From Sphingomonadales bacterium (GTDB taxonomy: Bacteria; Pseudomonadota; Alphaproteobacteria; Sphingomonadales; Sphingomonadaceae), in contig JAYVVW010000167.1 of assembly GCA_043786595.1 (NCBI GenBank), forward strand, positions 1 through 58,818: 58,818 nt of DNA, read 5' to 3'. Below are positions 1 to 10,212 of this stretch, in pieces. The notes beneath the pieces were generated by a model, which worked only from the letters and a program-made list of their open reading frames with translations, was not told the DNA's origin and did not search any database. The position numbers and the translations under genes are program-made. The stretch's first letter is position 1; each line of letters starts with the position of its first letter.

Positions 1-155
1 GCGAGCGAACCCGCAACGTCCCGTCGTCTTGACATGCCCTAGAAACACGCTTCCGACGCTTTACGTGAACCACATCGCCGCGCAAATGTCAAGAACAAAC
101 ATGGTTCAAAGTCAAAATAGTGGGAAAATCAAGTGACACCAAAACCGCCGCTGCG

Positions 156-1466
156 TCATTCTCCGCGTTCGGCACGCAATTTATCCCAATAAGCGATGCG
201 TTCGCTGATCTTGGCTTCAAACCCGCGCGGCGTTGGCGCATAAAAATGCTGCGGCGTCATTGCCTCGGGCCAATAGCCTGCGCCGCTGAAGCCATCATCT
301 GCGTCATGGTCATAGGTGTAGTTCTTGCCGTAGCCGATGTCCTTCATCAGCTGTGTCGGCGCGTTGAGGATCGCGGGCGGCGGCATCAGCGAACCCGTCT
401 CTTTGGCTGATTTCCAAGCGGCCTTTTGCGCCTTATACGCCGCGTTTGATTTGGGCGCGGTGGCGAGATAGACGCAGGCTTGGACGATTGCGAGTTCGCC
501 TTCAGGGCTGCCGAGAAAATCATAGGCATCCTTTGCGGCAAGGCATTGGATCAGCGCCTGCGGATCGGCGAGGCCGATGTCTTCGCTCGCAAATCGCACC
601 AACCGCCGCAACACATAGAGCGGCTGTTCGCCCGCGGCGAGCATCCGCGCCATATAATAAAGTGCTGCCTGCGGATCGGAACCGCGCAGGCTTTTATGCA
701 GCGCTGAAATCAGATTATAATGGCCCTCGCGGTCTTTGTCATAGACGGGCATCCGCCGGTGGAGCAGCGCCGAAAGTGCCGCCGGATCAAGCGGCTGGTC
801 GATCGCGACACTGAACAAAGTCTCCGCTTGATTGAGCAGAAAGCGCCCGTCGCCGTCTGCGCTCGCAACAAGCGCGGCGCGCGCATCGGGGGTGAGCGGC
901 AGTGCACGCGCCTCAATCAGTTCGGCGCGGGTGAGCAGCGTTTCGAGTGCGGCGGCGTCAAGCCGGTGAAGGATCAGCACCTGCGCGCGGCTAAGCAAGG
1001 CGGCGTTAAGTTCAAAGCTCGGGTTTTCCGTCGTCGCGCCGACGAGCGTGATCGTACCGTCTTCGACATAGGGCAGGAAGCCGTCTTGCTGTGATCGATT
1101 GAAGCGGTGGATTTCATCGACGAACAGCAATGTCTGCTGGCCAGTTCGGGCAAAGTCGCGCGCGGTAGCAAAGAGTTTTTTGAGGTCGGCCACGCCTGAA
1201 AACACTGCCGATATCGCCTCGAACCGCAGGCCTACCGCGTCGGTAAGTAGTCGCGCCATCGTCGTTTTTCCCGTACCCGGCGGACCCCACAAGATGATCG
1301 ACGACAGTCGCCCCGCCGCCACCATCCGGCCAATCGCGCCGTCTGCCCCCGTAAGATGATCCTGGCCGACAATTTCATCGAGCCGGGCAGGGCGCAGTCG
1401 CTCGGCGAGCGGTGCGCGCGCCGCCGCATTGGCGCGCGGCGGTGGGGGAGGAAACAGATCGGCCAT
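156..1466 (-). CDS. rarA: Replication-associated recombination protein A (RarA/MgsA AAA+ ATPase)
   Basis: Walker A GPPGTGKTT, DEIHRF, GATTENP and SALHKSLRGSD motifs; ATG start (MADLF) chosen at 1466. Confidence 0.95.
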   Translation of the reverse strand: MADLFPPPPPRANAAARAPLAERLRPARLDEIVGQDHLTGADGAIGRMVAAGRLSSIILWGPPGTGKTTMARLLTDAVGLRFEAISAVFSGVADLKKLFATARDFARTGQQTLLFVDEIHRFNRSQQDGFLPYVEDGTITLVGATTENPSFELNAALLSRAQVLILHRLDAAALETLLTRAELIEARALPLTPDARAALVASADGDGRFLLNQAETLFSVAIDQPLDPAALSALLHRRMPVYDKDREGHYNLISALHKSLRGSDPQAALYYMARMLAAGEQPLYVLRRLVRFASEDIGLADPQALIQCLAAKDAYDFLGSPEGELAIVQACVYLATAPKSNAAYKAQKAAWKSAKETGSLMPPPAILNAPTQLMKDIGYGKNYTYDHDADDGFSGAGYWPEAMTPQHFYAPTPRGFEAKISERIAYWDKLRAERGE

Positions 1467-1505
1467 CGCCACTGATATAGAGCGCCTTTCCAAAGAATGC
1501 GCGCA

Positions 1506-2654
1506 TTAGCTCGTGCGGGCGCGAATGGCGTCGATGTAAGTGTCGATCATTCGTTGGTTGATCAGATCCCAATCATAGCGTTTTGCCGCAGTTTCGGCGG
1601 CTAGGCCGTGTCGTTTCCGCAACCCCGGATCAGCGCAATAGGCCGCGATCGCATCAGCAAAGCCCGCGACATTTTCAGGTGAGACGAGCATCCCGCTGAC
1701 GCCGTTTTCAACGATGTCGCGCGTACCCGTTGCATCTGCGCCGACGACAGGCATCCGGCACGCCATTGCTTCAAGCGTCACATTACCGAATGTTTCGGTG
1801 GTCGACGGATTGAACAATATATCGATCGCTGCGACCGCGCGGGCAAGCGCATCGCCCTGTTGAAATCCGGTGAACACGGCGTCGGGCAATTTCTCGGCAA
1901 ACCACCCGCGCGCGGGGCCATCGCCAACGACCAGCACCTTGTGTGCGATGCCGCGCTCGTTCAACATGGCGATCGCGTCGGCAAATACGTCGAGGCCTTT
2001 TTCCATCACGACGCGGCCAAGAAAGCCGATGACAACATCCTGATCGGCGATCCCCAGCGACGTGCGCCAGGCTAAGTCGCGCTTGGTAGGGTTGAACCGA
2101 TCGCGGTCGATTCCGCGCGACCAGATGCCTACATTGTCGCCCATGCGCAGACCCCGCATCACCTGCGCCATCGATTCTGACGGCGCCACCACACGGTCAC
2201 AGCGATTGTAAAACCGGCGCAGACCGTAAACGAGTGGCGCTTCGAGAAATCCCATTCCGTAATAGCGCGGATAGCTTTCGAAGCGCGTGTGCATTGACGC
2301 GACGAGCGGAATTTTCCTTTTTCGCGCGTAGGTTACCGCGCGGTGGCCGACGACATCAGGGCTTGAAACATGGACGACGTTTGGCGCAAACGTCGCAAGA
2401 TCGACCTTGACCCGCGGCGAAAGCGCAAGCGGAAAACGGTATTCGCCGCGTAGTGGAAATGGCATTGACGGAATGCTGACCAAGTCACCAGTGGGGGCAA
2501 ATGCGGGTTTTTCAACGGTGGGTGAATAGACACGTACCGCAGCCCCGAGCCTAAGTGCGTAGCCGACAAGCCGGTTCAGTGATTGGTTTGCGCCGTCGCG
2601 TACATAATTATAATTGCCACTGAATAGGGCGATGCGCAGGTCAGAGGCTTTCAT
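1506..2654 (-). CDS. Glycosyltransferase family 4 (GT-B fold)
   Basis: GRVVMEKG and ETFGNVTLEAMA GT4 motifs; start MKASDLRIALF. Confidence 0.9.
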   Translation of the reverse strand: MKASDLRIALFSGNYNYVRDGANQSLNRLVGYALRLGAAVRVYSPTVEKPAFAPTGDLVSIPSMPFPLRGEYRFPLALSPRVKVDLATFAPNVVHVSSPDVVGHRAVTYARKRKIPLVASMHTRFESYPRYYGMGFLEAPLVYGLRRFYNRCDRVVAPSESMAQVMRGLRMGDNVGIWSRGIDRDRFNPTKRDLAWRTSLGIADQDVVIGFLGRVVMEKGLDVFADAIAMLNERGIAHKVLVVGDGPARGWFAEKLPDAVFTGFQQGDALARAVAAIDILFNPSTTETFGNVTLEAMACRMPVVGADATGTRDIVENGVSGMLVSPENVAGFADAIAAYCADPGLRKRHGLAAETAAKRYDWDLINQRMIDTYIDAIRARTS

Positions 2655-2720
2655 CGTAGGCCTCTTTACGCTGCAAAACGGTGCCCGAAAAGCAATTCGT
2701 CGCATGAACCAGATCGGGCA

Positions 2721-3413
2721 TCATAGCGTCAGTTCGGCCCAGATCGGCAAGTGATCCGATGCCTGCCGCGCAATCTGGCTGTGATGCGTATGCGAATCGG
2801 TAATTTTAAGTCCCGGGCCAATGATGATCCGGTCGAGATGCGCAACGGGGCGGCGCGCATGAAAACTGGGTGCGCAGGGCGCGACGCAAAAATCGTGCGG
2901 CAATTCTGTAAGGCAGCCGCCGATCCGCGACCATTCGTTGAGGTCCCCCATCATGATCACCGGAATCTTATCCTTGCGCGCCGCAAGATGTTCGAGAACG
3001 CAACGAATTTGCCGCCGCCGCCATAATCCCGACAGGTCAAGGTGCATGCCAACGACGCGAACCGAACCTAATGGCGTATGCAGGTCAGCCACAACCGCGC
3101 CGCGTGGTTCAAGCGACGGAATCGGAATGATGTCGTGGTCTATAACGTCAACGCGCAATGATACCAATATGGCATTTCCATGCCAACCGATACTATGCTT
3201 TCTGGTTTCAAAGGGAACAGGGTGATATTTGCCGCCATGTTCGATCAGATCGACGGGAAGCGCTGAGCGTCTTGTACCAAATCGGAGATCAGCTTCCTGA
3301 AGTGCGACAATGTCGGCACCGATCTCGTTCAATACTTCGAGGATGCGGGCAGGGCTGCGACGACGATCGGTGCCAACGGCTTTGTGGATATTGTAGCTGG
3401 CGACTTTGATCAC
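2721..3413 (-). CDS. Endonuclease/exonuclease/phosphatase family protein
   Basis: SYNIH, ALQE, GDLNEW, LDRI and SDHLP motifs. Confidence 0.9.
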   Translation of the reverse strand: MIKVASYNIHKAVGTDRRRSPARILEVLNEIGADIVALQEADLRFGTRRSALPVDLIEHGGKYHPVPFETRKHSIGWHGNAILVSLRVDVIDHDIIPIPSLEPRGAVVADLHTPLGSVRVVGMHLDLSGLWRRRQIRCVLEHLAARKDKIPVIMMGDLNEWSRIGGCLTELPHDFCVAPCAPSFHARRPVAHLDRIIIGPGLKITDSHTHHSQIARQASDHLPIWAELTL

Positions 3414-3434
3414 CAGTCGCGCCTAGACCAAAGC

Positions 3435-6400
3435 TTACTTGCGGCCAAGCCCAAGTGCGGAAAAGCTGTTCTGGTCAAATTTGAGGCGCAGCGTGACATA
3501 GGGGCCGCTGCGCGTGTAGCGGCTGTCTTCGAAATCACGGTCGGTAAAGCCAACAACATTGTAACCGATTGAGATGTAGCTGTTTTTGACCGGCGAGATG
3601 CTGATTGATGGGCCGCCCGAATAGGAGAATGTGCGTCCGCCGGGGCTCTGCCTGACCGTGCCCGACACGCCGAGGTCAACATGCTTGCCCAGATCAAATC
3701 GGATGTCTGTTCCGAAAACATTGCTGAGGCCCTTGAGATCATCGACACCAAAACGATCGAACACGTAGCGTGTGCCAATGAACGCCGAAATTTCGCTGCG
3801 GCCGAGATATTCGTCGCCAATCCGCGATGTTGGTGACCAATTGAGGCTGAGGCTGTTGACGATCCGTTTCGATGTCACATCACCGCTGATGGTGAGCGGT
3901 GCGCCGCCGATCGGGCCGGGCTGGCCGAACACCGCGCCGCGAACCTTGTCTTGGCGCAGATCGAGCTTTTCAAGGAAGGCGAAGCGCGAATTGTCGGGGC
4001 GGTTGACCCAGCTCAGTGCAATATTTGCGGTTTCGGTGCGCGGGCCGTTGACACTATCGGCATGGAACCAGCTCAGCGCGCCGCCAAACGCACGGCCTTC
4101 GCCGATTTGGCGCAGCGCGGCGGCCGTGACGCCGTAACGATTGCCAAGGCTACCATCACGGTATTCAGCGCGCCCGGTGACGCTCCAGTTTTCGCCGCGA
4201 TACGTTGCGCCGGTGGTCAAAGCGGTGAAGTCTTCGCTTAACACGCCGTCGCTGCCGATGAATCCGCCCGATGCAACGGGCTGTGCGACATTGAGGACGC
4301 GCGTGCGATCAATGCCGCGCAAGGTTTTGTTGCCTTCAAGCGTTGCGTCAATCGTTACCTTTTTACCGATCGGCAACGATTGCGAAAGGCCATAAGCTGC
4401 AAAACTGCGCGGGCCATATTCCTGCGTCGCTTGCTGGTTCGCGCTGGCGACGAGCCGCGCGCCTGCCCAAGGCTTGATATCAAATCCGATCCGCGCGGTG
4501 CGCGCGTCAATTTTTTCGCCGTCTGCGATTTCATAGGCGCCAACAATCGAAACATCGTCGGTTAGGGCAAAACGTGCGCCGACTTTGTGACGCGCGGGGA
4601 AATCAATGCTGTCATTCTTGCCGCCGATTGGAAATTCGGTCTGTGCGTCAAGCTCAAGCCGGTTGTCGAATAGCTTCTTGGTTGCGCCAAACTGCGCGAT
4701 TGTCGAGGTTGCGGTTGCTCCGGTTGAAAGACGGTCGTTGGCGAGTGTGACGCCGGCGCGCAGATCAAGCGCCTTGCCGCGATATTCGATCAGCCCGCGC
4801 GCGGCCTGGCGGCGCGTGACGGCATCAAGGTAATCTTCCTGATAGCCACTGCCGACCAGCGAGAGTTGGGGCGAAAGGCGGACGCGGCCGTCGACACCGA
4901 ATTTGCGCGTGCCATTTTCAGCGCCATTGGTCTGGCCAACGCCAAAGCCTGCGTCTTGCTGGCGGGCATAAGCAAGAACATCATATTTCGAACCGTGATG
5001 TTCCGCTTCCACCAGCCACGCCAGCGCGCGACCGTTCGTTGAAGGCACACGTCCGCCCGCTTTTGCACTGGCATCGCTGACCGCGATTTCGGCACGGACT
5101 TCGTTGTTTGCATTCGGGGTGAATCGCAGATCAAGCCCGCCCATATTTGTTTTCGAAAGATCGCTTTCATCATGGATCGCGGTTGCGCCAAGCGTCAGAG
5201 TCTTCGAAGCATTTTTGATCGTCGCGCGGCCACCGGCGTTGATCACGCGCTGTCCCGTGCCGTCAATTTCATAATCGACAACGATAAATTGCGGATCGAG
5301 CAGGCTTGAGCGCGACAATATCGGCTCACGGAAACGGAGCGTGCCACCGAGATAATCAATATCATAATCGATGTTGCGCAGCAGCGTGCGGCTCTGGATA
5401 ATCCGGTCAGACCGCAGGCGATCGCGCACTTCGATCACAACGCGTTCGCTGTTGGGCAGGATGTCGCGTGCGTTGAGCGCATAGGGGCCGGTCAGGCCAT
5501 TGCCCTGGATTTCCTGGCGGTTATGGCGGAACGGCGTATCGGCGGCGAACGCGGTCGCGGTGACGCGCTCGGTGCCATATTCAGCCTTCACGCCGTTAAA
5601 CGCGCGTTGATAGCGTGTGAGCACGGGTTCGTTGATGCCGGTTTCATAGTCACCGAACAGCGCGTAGAATTGCGGACGTTCGAGACGCAGGTAAAGCTTG
5701 CGCACGCTAGCGGCATCATAGCGGCGTTCGCTACGATCGGCATAGATTGTGTAATAAGCGCCAGGATCGATCGTGCCGCCAAAGCGCGTTTCATCAACCT
5801 GCTTGTCGCTGTCATACGATAAAGTCATCAGCCATTTGCCCTTGACGCGGCCCTTGGCATAAAGCGCAAGGCGGGCGTCGCTGAACCAATGATCGCCATT
5901 TTCGCCGAGCTTTTCGATGCGGCTGTCAAGCGTGTTAAAGCCTGCGGTGCCAGCGGCAAAACCAACGATAGTCCACGGGCGATTGCCCGGTGTCAGCCAT
6001 GTCTGGATCTGCTGTTTACGCGTTGTTTCGGCATCGCGGAATGGAAAGCTGATCTGGATGCCGCCCGATGCGGTGGTGGGCTCAAGCTCGATATACGCAA
6101 TGCCTTCGTCACCAACAACATGCCAGACGGCGCGCGCGCGCTCTAGCCCGGCGAGCTGGCGCGCGGCCTGGGCGTCGGCCTCGACGGCAGGATAATAGGG
6201 GGCAGGCACCTCAAAATCGCCGACCAAGCCGTGGTGTACAGGGCGGCCTTCACGGTCGGTCAGGCGCACCGCGATCACGGGGCGGGTTACGCCGTCGGCG
6301 ACGAGGATTGATTTTGATGGCACGAGTTCGGCGTGAAGCGCGCTGTTGGCATAATGGACGTTGCGCGTCAGTGTCTGGATCAATGTGCCGCTTGCATCGC

Positions 6401-8525
6401 GCACTTCGGCGGTAAAGCGCGTGTTCGTGCTTTCGAGTGACACACCGCGCCATATGCTGACTGCAACCGTGTCGAGGCCATTTTTGCGCGCGCCATCGAA
6501 TGTGAGCGGGTTGACGGGCTTGCCGTCGGCAAACAGCGTCACCGTCTGGCCAGGCAAATGCTTGATCGCGACGCGCACGGCTTTGGTGCGTGGATTATGC
6601 TCAGGCTCAGGGAACAGCCAGCCGATTTCGGGCGATTGTCCGCTCAACCAGTCACGTTCGGCGCCCGCGGCTTCGGGATCACTTGCGGGCGTGTCGCGGA
6701 GCGTGGCCGCCACAATCGGGCGATCTGCGTTGACGCCGGTGACGGTGCGGAAGTCAGCACGGATCAGCGCGCCGCCCTGGCCGTCGATAAAGCGCGAGAT
6801 GGCGCTGCCGCCGGTTCGTGCATTTTTGGCACAGTCCGAAGCTATTTGGTTCCCAGGCAGTGTCGAGGGATCAATCTGCACAACGTGAAGCCCCGGAATC
6901 ACGCCCTCAAAATGATAACGACCTTCGATATCGGTGACGGCATAACTGCCATCCTCCAGCATGACTCGGATTCCCGGCACGCCGTTGGCGACGTTGGGAT
7001 CAACGGTGCATCCACCATCTGTAATCCGCCCGATGATTGTCATCCGGTCGCTGATGCCGTCGCGTGAAATGCGCAGCGGCGCATCGACAACGGCGCTGAT
7101 CGTTCCGCGATCATCGCGCGCCTGCGCCCGGTTCATTGCGGTTCCCGGTTTTGCGTCGGGCCTGATCTCGACAATATAGGTGACAAGCGTGCTTGCTCCC
7201 CCACGCAGCGGGGCCAGTGATACGCTAAACTGGCGACCATCGCTCTGGACTAACGCCGGAATGTTCTGTCCGTTTTGACGAACCGTATTGGAGCGTAATC
7301 GCATCTCGGGCGGAAGTGTGTCGGTCAGCGTTATCCGCCCCGTCGTTCGACCGGCATCGCCGTTTTGCACGTTGATGCGGTACTGGATCGCATCACCCGG
7401 CACGGCGATAACCGAACTGGATGATTTTGTAACCGATATCGATCCGCCCGGCCGATCGGCGGGAACGTCAATCCGCACCGGGGTGGGATCGCTCAGCACG
7501 AACGGGCGGCCATAGGAGCCGTCGACAATAACATAAGGCAGGCCGTCAGGGCGCCTGATCGCGGCAAGATCGATTGGCGTTCCGACGGCGGGGACGGTGT
7601 AGGGCGCGGGCACCTCGACTTGCAGCCGGTACGTGCCGGGCCGTGCAAAAGGAAAGCGGTAATCGCCGGGTGGGAAGCTATAGAGCGCGCCGCTGCTGTC
7701 GCTCACCGTTGATCCGGTGATGATCGTTGACGGGAAGCGCGATACGCCGTCATCGCCGAACACATCGGCCGGGCGCCCCGTCGCAACATCAATCAGTGTT
7801 ACGCGTGCGCCAGCGATCGGCGCGCCGTCGCCCGTATCGAAAACGATACCGAACGGATCAATCAAAATCTCAATCGTCGCGGCGGCAAACGTCAGGCCGT
7901 CGACCGCGCGAACGCCATTAAGCGTAAAATTGTCACCAGAACGAACCGAAAGCACGCAGTCACCGCGTACTGGCACGGGCGGATTGGCCGATGTGCGAAC
8001 GACACCGATAAAAATGCCGCTGTTCACTTCACTTTCCCATAGCGTCAGCCGCTCGGAATCGCCGCTCGGCGTTTGCAACATGACGATAATCCGGTCAATC
8101 GCGTTCGGATCAATATTATCGGCGGGCGATGACATTGAAACGACAATGGGCGCGCCCGCACGGATCCTGTTGCTGCGCACCAGGCTTGCCGGGCTGAGCG
8201 AAACACCTGCAAATGCACCATCGGGGGTGATCGGGATGCTGGTGCCGCTGCTGGTTTGGCATTCTGTCGAGCGCACAGCGATTTTCAGCGCGCCCGGCGC
8301 CGATGTGAATTCATATGTAAGGAGGGTTGGCGTCGGGTTTCGCGGACGATCCACCTGGATGTCGACGCGGTTTGACTGACGGCTGACGCGGGTTGTTCCC
8401 GCATCCCACTGGAATGTCGCGGTATTTGAGATGATCTGCGCACGCGCGCTGATCGGCACCGCGCAGAGCAGCACGGTGGCAAGGGCGACCATCAGAGCCC
8501 AAATATGGTTTACAGAATTAGGCAT
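3435..8525 (-). CDS. Large exported protein: N-terminal NTAT segment, Ig-like/DUF11 domains and a predicted C-terminal outer-membrane beta-barrel
   Basis: Signal-peptide-like N-terminus; complete DUF11-like domain (SVTK...PGDAIQYRI...TDTLP...MNRAQA); long alternating-hydrophobic C-terminal region ending YVTLRLKF...; start uncertain (8525 or 8492). Confidence 0.75.
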   Translation of the reverse strand: MPNSVNHIWALMVALATVLLCAVPISARAQIISNTATFQWDAGTTRVSRQSNRVDIQVDRPRNPTPTLLTYEFTSAPGALKIAVRSTECQTSSGTSIPITPDGAFAGVSLSPASLVRSNRIRAGAPIVVSMSSPADNIDPNAIDRIIVMLQTPSGDSERLTLWESEVNSGIFIGVVRTSANPPVPVRGDCVLSVRSGDNFTLNGVRAVDGLTFAAATIEILIDPFGIVFDTGDGAPIAGARVTLIDVATGRPADVFGDDGVSRFPSTIITGSTVSDSSGALYSFPPGDYRFPFARPGTYRLQVEVPAPYTVPAVGTPIDLAAIRRPDGLPYVIVDGSYGRPFVLSDPTPVRIDVPADRPGGSISVTKSSSSVIAVPGDAIQYRINVQNGDAGRTTGRITLTDTLPPEMRLRSNTVRQNGQNIPALVQSDGRQFSVSLAPLRGGASTLVTYIVEIRPDAKPGTAMNRAQARDDRGTISAVVDAPLRISRDGISDRMTIIGRITDGGCTVDPNVANGVPGIRVMLEDGSYAVTDIEGRYHFEGVIPGLHVVQIDPSTLPGNQIASDCAKNARTGGSAISRFIDGQGGALIRADFRTVTGVNADRPIVAATLRDTPASDPEAAGAERDWLSGQSPEIGWLFPEPEHNPRTKAVRVAIKHLPGQTVTLFADGKPVNPLTFDGARKNGLDTVAVSIWRGVSLESTNTRFTAEVRDASGTLIQTLTRNVHYANSALHAELVPSKSILVADGVTRPVIAVRLTDREGRPVHHGLVGDFEVPAPYYPAVEADAQAARQLAGLERARAVWHVVGDEGIAYIELEPTTASGGIQISFPFRDAETTRKQQIQTWLTPGNRPWTIVGFAAGTAGFNTLDSRIEKLGENGDHWFSDARLALYAKGRVKGKWLMTLSYDSDKQVDETRFGGTIDPGAYYTIYADRSERRYDAASVRKLYLRLERPQFYALFGDYETGINEPVLTRYQRAFNGVKAEYGTERVTATAFAADTPFRHNRQEIQGNGLTGPYALNARDILPNSERVVIEVRDRLRSDRIIQSRTLLRNIDYDIDYLGGTLRFREPILSRSSLLDPQFIVVDYEIDGTGQRVINAGGRATIKNASKTLTLGATAIHDESDLSKTNMGGLDLRFTPNANNEVRAEIAVSDASAKAGGRVPSTNGRALAWLVEAEHHGSKYDVLAYARQQDAGFGVGQTNGAENGTRKFGVDGRVRLSPQLSLVGSGYQEDYLDAVTRRQAARGLIEYRGKALDLRAGVTLANDRLSTGATATSTIAQFGATKKLFDNRLELDAQTEFPIGGKNDSIDFPARHKVGARFALTDDVSIVGAYEIADGEKIDARTARIGFDIKPWAGARLVASANQQATQEYGPRSFAAYGLSQSLPIGKKVTIDATLEGNKTLRGIDRTRVLNVAQPVASGGFIGSDGVLSEDFTALTTGATYRGENWSVTGRAEYRDGSLGNRYGVTAAALRQIGEGRAFGGALSWFHADSVNGPRTETANIALSWVNRPDNSRFAFLEKLDLRQDKVRGAVFGQPGPIGGAPLTISGDVTSKRIVNSLSLNWSPTSRIGDEYLGRSEISAFIGTRYVFDRFGVDDLKGLSNVFGTDIRFDLGKHVDLGVSGTVRQSPGGRTFSYSGGPSISISPVKNSYISIGYNVVGFTDRDFEDSRYTRSGPYVTLRLKFDQNSFSALGLGRK

Positions 8526-8577
8526 AAAAAAAGGCGAACTTGGCCATCTGACAGCAGGATTGCCGCCAGATGGCCAA
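8526..8577 (-). terminator. Probable rho-independent terminator or attenuator between the 360-aa gene and the large gene
   Basis: Minus-strand hairpin TTGGCCATCTGGCGGCA-ATCC-TGCTGTCAGATGGCCAA followed closely by T7. Confidence 0.65.
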
Positions 8578-8586
8578 TTCATCGCT

Positions 8587-9669
8587 CTAGTTGATCCGGA
8601 CTTGGAAATAGATTGTGCGCGTCGAGTTTGCTGCAATCGTTCCCAATGTACCACTTACGGTTGCCGTACCCGAATTATAGGTGCCGCCGGTCGCCCCGTC
8701 GAGATTGCATGTGCCGGTGCCGGGCGTTCCTGTGTAGGTGCCGCTCTGGAATACCCCATAGGTGGTTTCATAGGTGGTCTGCGCGGGCAGGGGATCGGTG
8801 ATAGCCACGCTTGATGCCGAGCTTGATGCACTCGCTGCGTTGCTGACGATGATGCAATATTCGACAAGCGCACCCGGAATGAATTTCGGGTTGGTCGTGC
8901 CGTTGATTGGATCGGAGATGACGCGGCTTTGCTTGGCTACAGTCAGCACTGGAGCGGAAACGGTATAATCGTCACCCGCGCTGTGTCTGCCATCGGACAC
9001 GATATCAGTGACGCCAGCAGCATCGGCAAATACCGTATCAACGCCTGCAGTATTTGCACCGCCCGTTGCGGTAACCAGAGCGCCCTGTGTATTGGCCGTG
9101 CCGGCTTCAAACGCTTGGGCGGTAAGGCGAACGCCTGCGACATCGCCGTTTACGCGCCCGATCGGAATATTCGCGACGACGAACACCGTCCTGGTCGTGT
9201 CCGCGGCAATTTCATCAAGATAGGTCACGGCGGTGTCGGTGCCGGCATCATAAACGCCGTTGCCATTGGTATCGAGATAGATTGTTGGCGCGGTGACATC
9301 GAAATTGTCGGTGCCGCCGTGTGCCGCTGTTCCACCCGCTTGCTGCGCGACAGTCAGCCCGAAATCGAGCGGCGCGTTCGACGTATTCTGCACGGTAAAC
9401 GTCGTGACTTGTGCGGTTGCACCCGGTGCGACCGAGGTCGTAGCGTTGCCAACTTCGGCAACCAGGAGGCTGATCCTGCGATCGACGACAATCCGGTTTG
9501 TGTTTGAATTGACTGCTGTCTGGCTGACGCCGCCGACCTGATAATTGACGGTCGCAGTATTGTCGATGAAGCTACCAGCAGTCGTGCCGACCGCAAATGC
9601 AGGCGTTGCTGCGAGTGCGGCGATGGCAATACCGCTGGTTGCGGCGAAATATTTGATCTTGTTTGTCAT
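8587..9669 (-). CDS. Secreted DUF11-like beta-rich protein, candidate major fibre subunit
   Basis: Sec signal (..TPAFA), GTTAGSFIDNTAT, DTNGNGVYD loop, LTVAK..PGALVEY..TDPLP..TIYFQVRIN. Confidence 0.8.
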   Translation of the reverse strand: MTNKIKYFAATSGIAIAALAATPAFAVGTTAGSFIDNTATVNYQVGGVSQTAVNSNTNRIVVDRRISLLVAEVGNATTSVAPGATAQVTTFTVQNTSNAPLDFGLTVAQQAGGTAAHGGTDNFDVTAPTIYLDTNGNGVYDAGTDTAVTYLDEIAADTTRTVFVVANIPIGRVNGDVAGVRLTAQAFEAGTANTQGALVTATGGANTAGVDTVFADAAGVTDIVSDGRHSAGDDYTVSAPVLTVAKQSRVISDPINGTTNPKFIPGALVEYCIIVSNAASASSSASSVAITDPLPAQTTYETTYGVFQSGTYTGTPGTGTCNLDGATGGTYNSGTATVSGTLGTIAANSTRTIYFQVRIN

Positions 9670-9741
9670 ATTAATCTTCCCGTCTGTTTACAGGTGTCGT
9701 TCGGTCTCCGCCGACACGAAAGCGGATAGTTTTGGGTTTTT

Positions 9742-10206
9742 TCAGCGGACAATGCCGCGGAAACTGAGTTTTCCCTGCGCACCGGCAGGGATGGATTGTT
9801 TGAGCGCCCAGCGGACATGCGTGACATCTTCGGGCCGCGCACTTCGCCATCGACCGTCTTCAAGCACTTTAAGCGATGCCAGCATCCCCCAATCCTTGCC
9901 GCCGTCGATTGAGACTTCGGCATTGCTGTCAGCCGCGCCCTGATAGGCGACGGCGCTTGGCATTGGATTAGTCACGACAAAGCTGTTCGCCGGGGTTTGC
10001 CCTTCATTGTGGTAGCTCAAGATAAACACCAACTTGTCTCCCGGCGCGACGATCGTTGGAGCCTGGAGTATCGTTTTGCTACGGCCGTTGCTGTCGGGCA
10101 GGATACGCTCGACAAACACCGCACTCGACAGCGCGACTGCGCTCGCTGCGTGCGCCGCGACCGGCGCAAAAAGTGCGCAAAAGGTGAGAATAAGCCGGTA
10201 CATCAT
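9742..10206 (-). CDS. Small secreted DUF11-like protein (acceptor-type domain only)
   Basis: Sec signal (..AAHA), VAPGDKLVFILSYHNEG..VTNPMP..LSFRGIVR. Confidence 0.75.
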   Translation of the reverse strand: MMYRLILTFCALFAPVAAHAASAVALSSAVFVERILPDSNGRSKTILQAPTIVAPGDKLVFILSYHNEGQTPANSFVVTNPMPSAVAYQGAADSNAEVSIDGGKDWGMLASLKVLEDGRWRSARPEDVTHVRWALKQSIPAGAQGKLSFRGIVR

Positions 10207-10212
10207 TGCCCC

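Noticed and set aside
93-107. GAAC-N7-GTTC palindrome near a minus-strand TTGACA, upstream of a possible gene starting at 35 (-)
   Set aside because: It is inverted, unlike the direct-repeat alphaproteobacterial SOS box, and the downstream gene is outside the window
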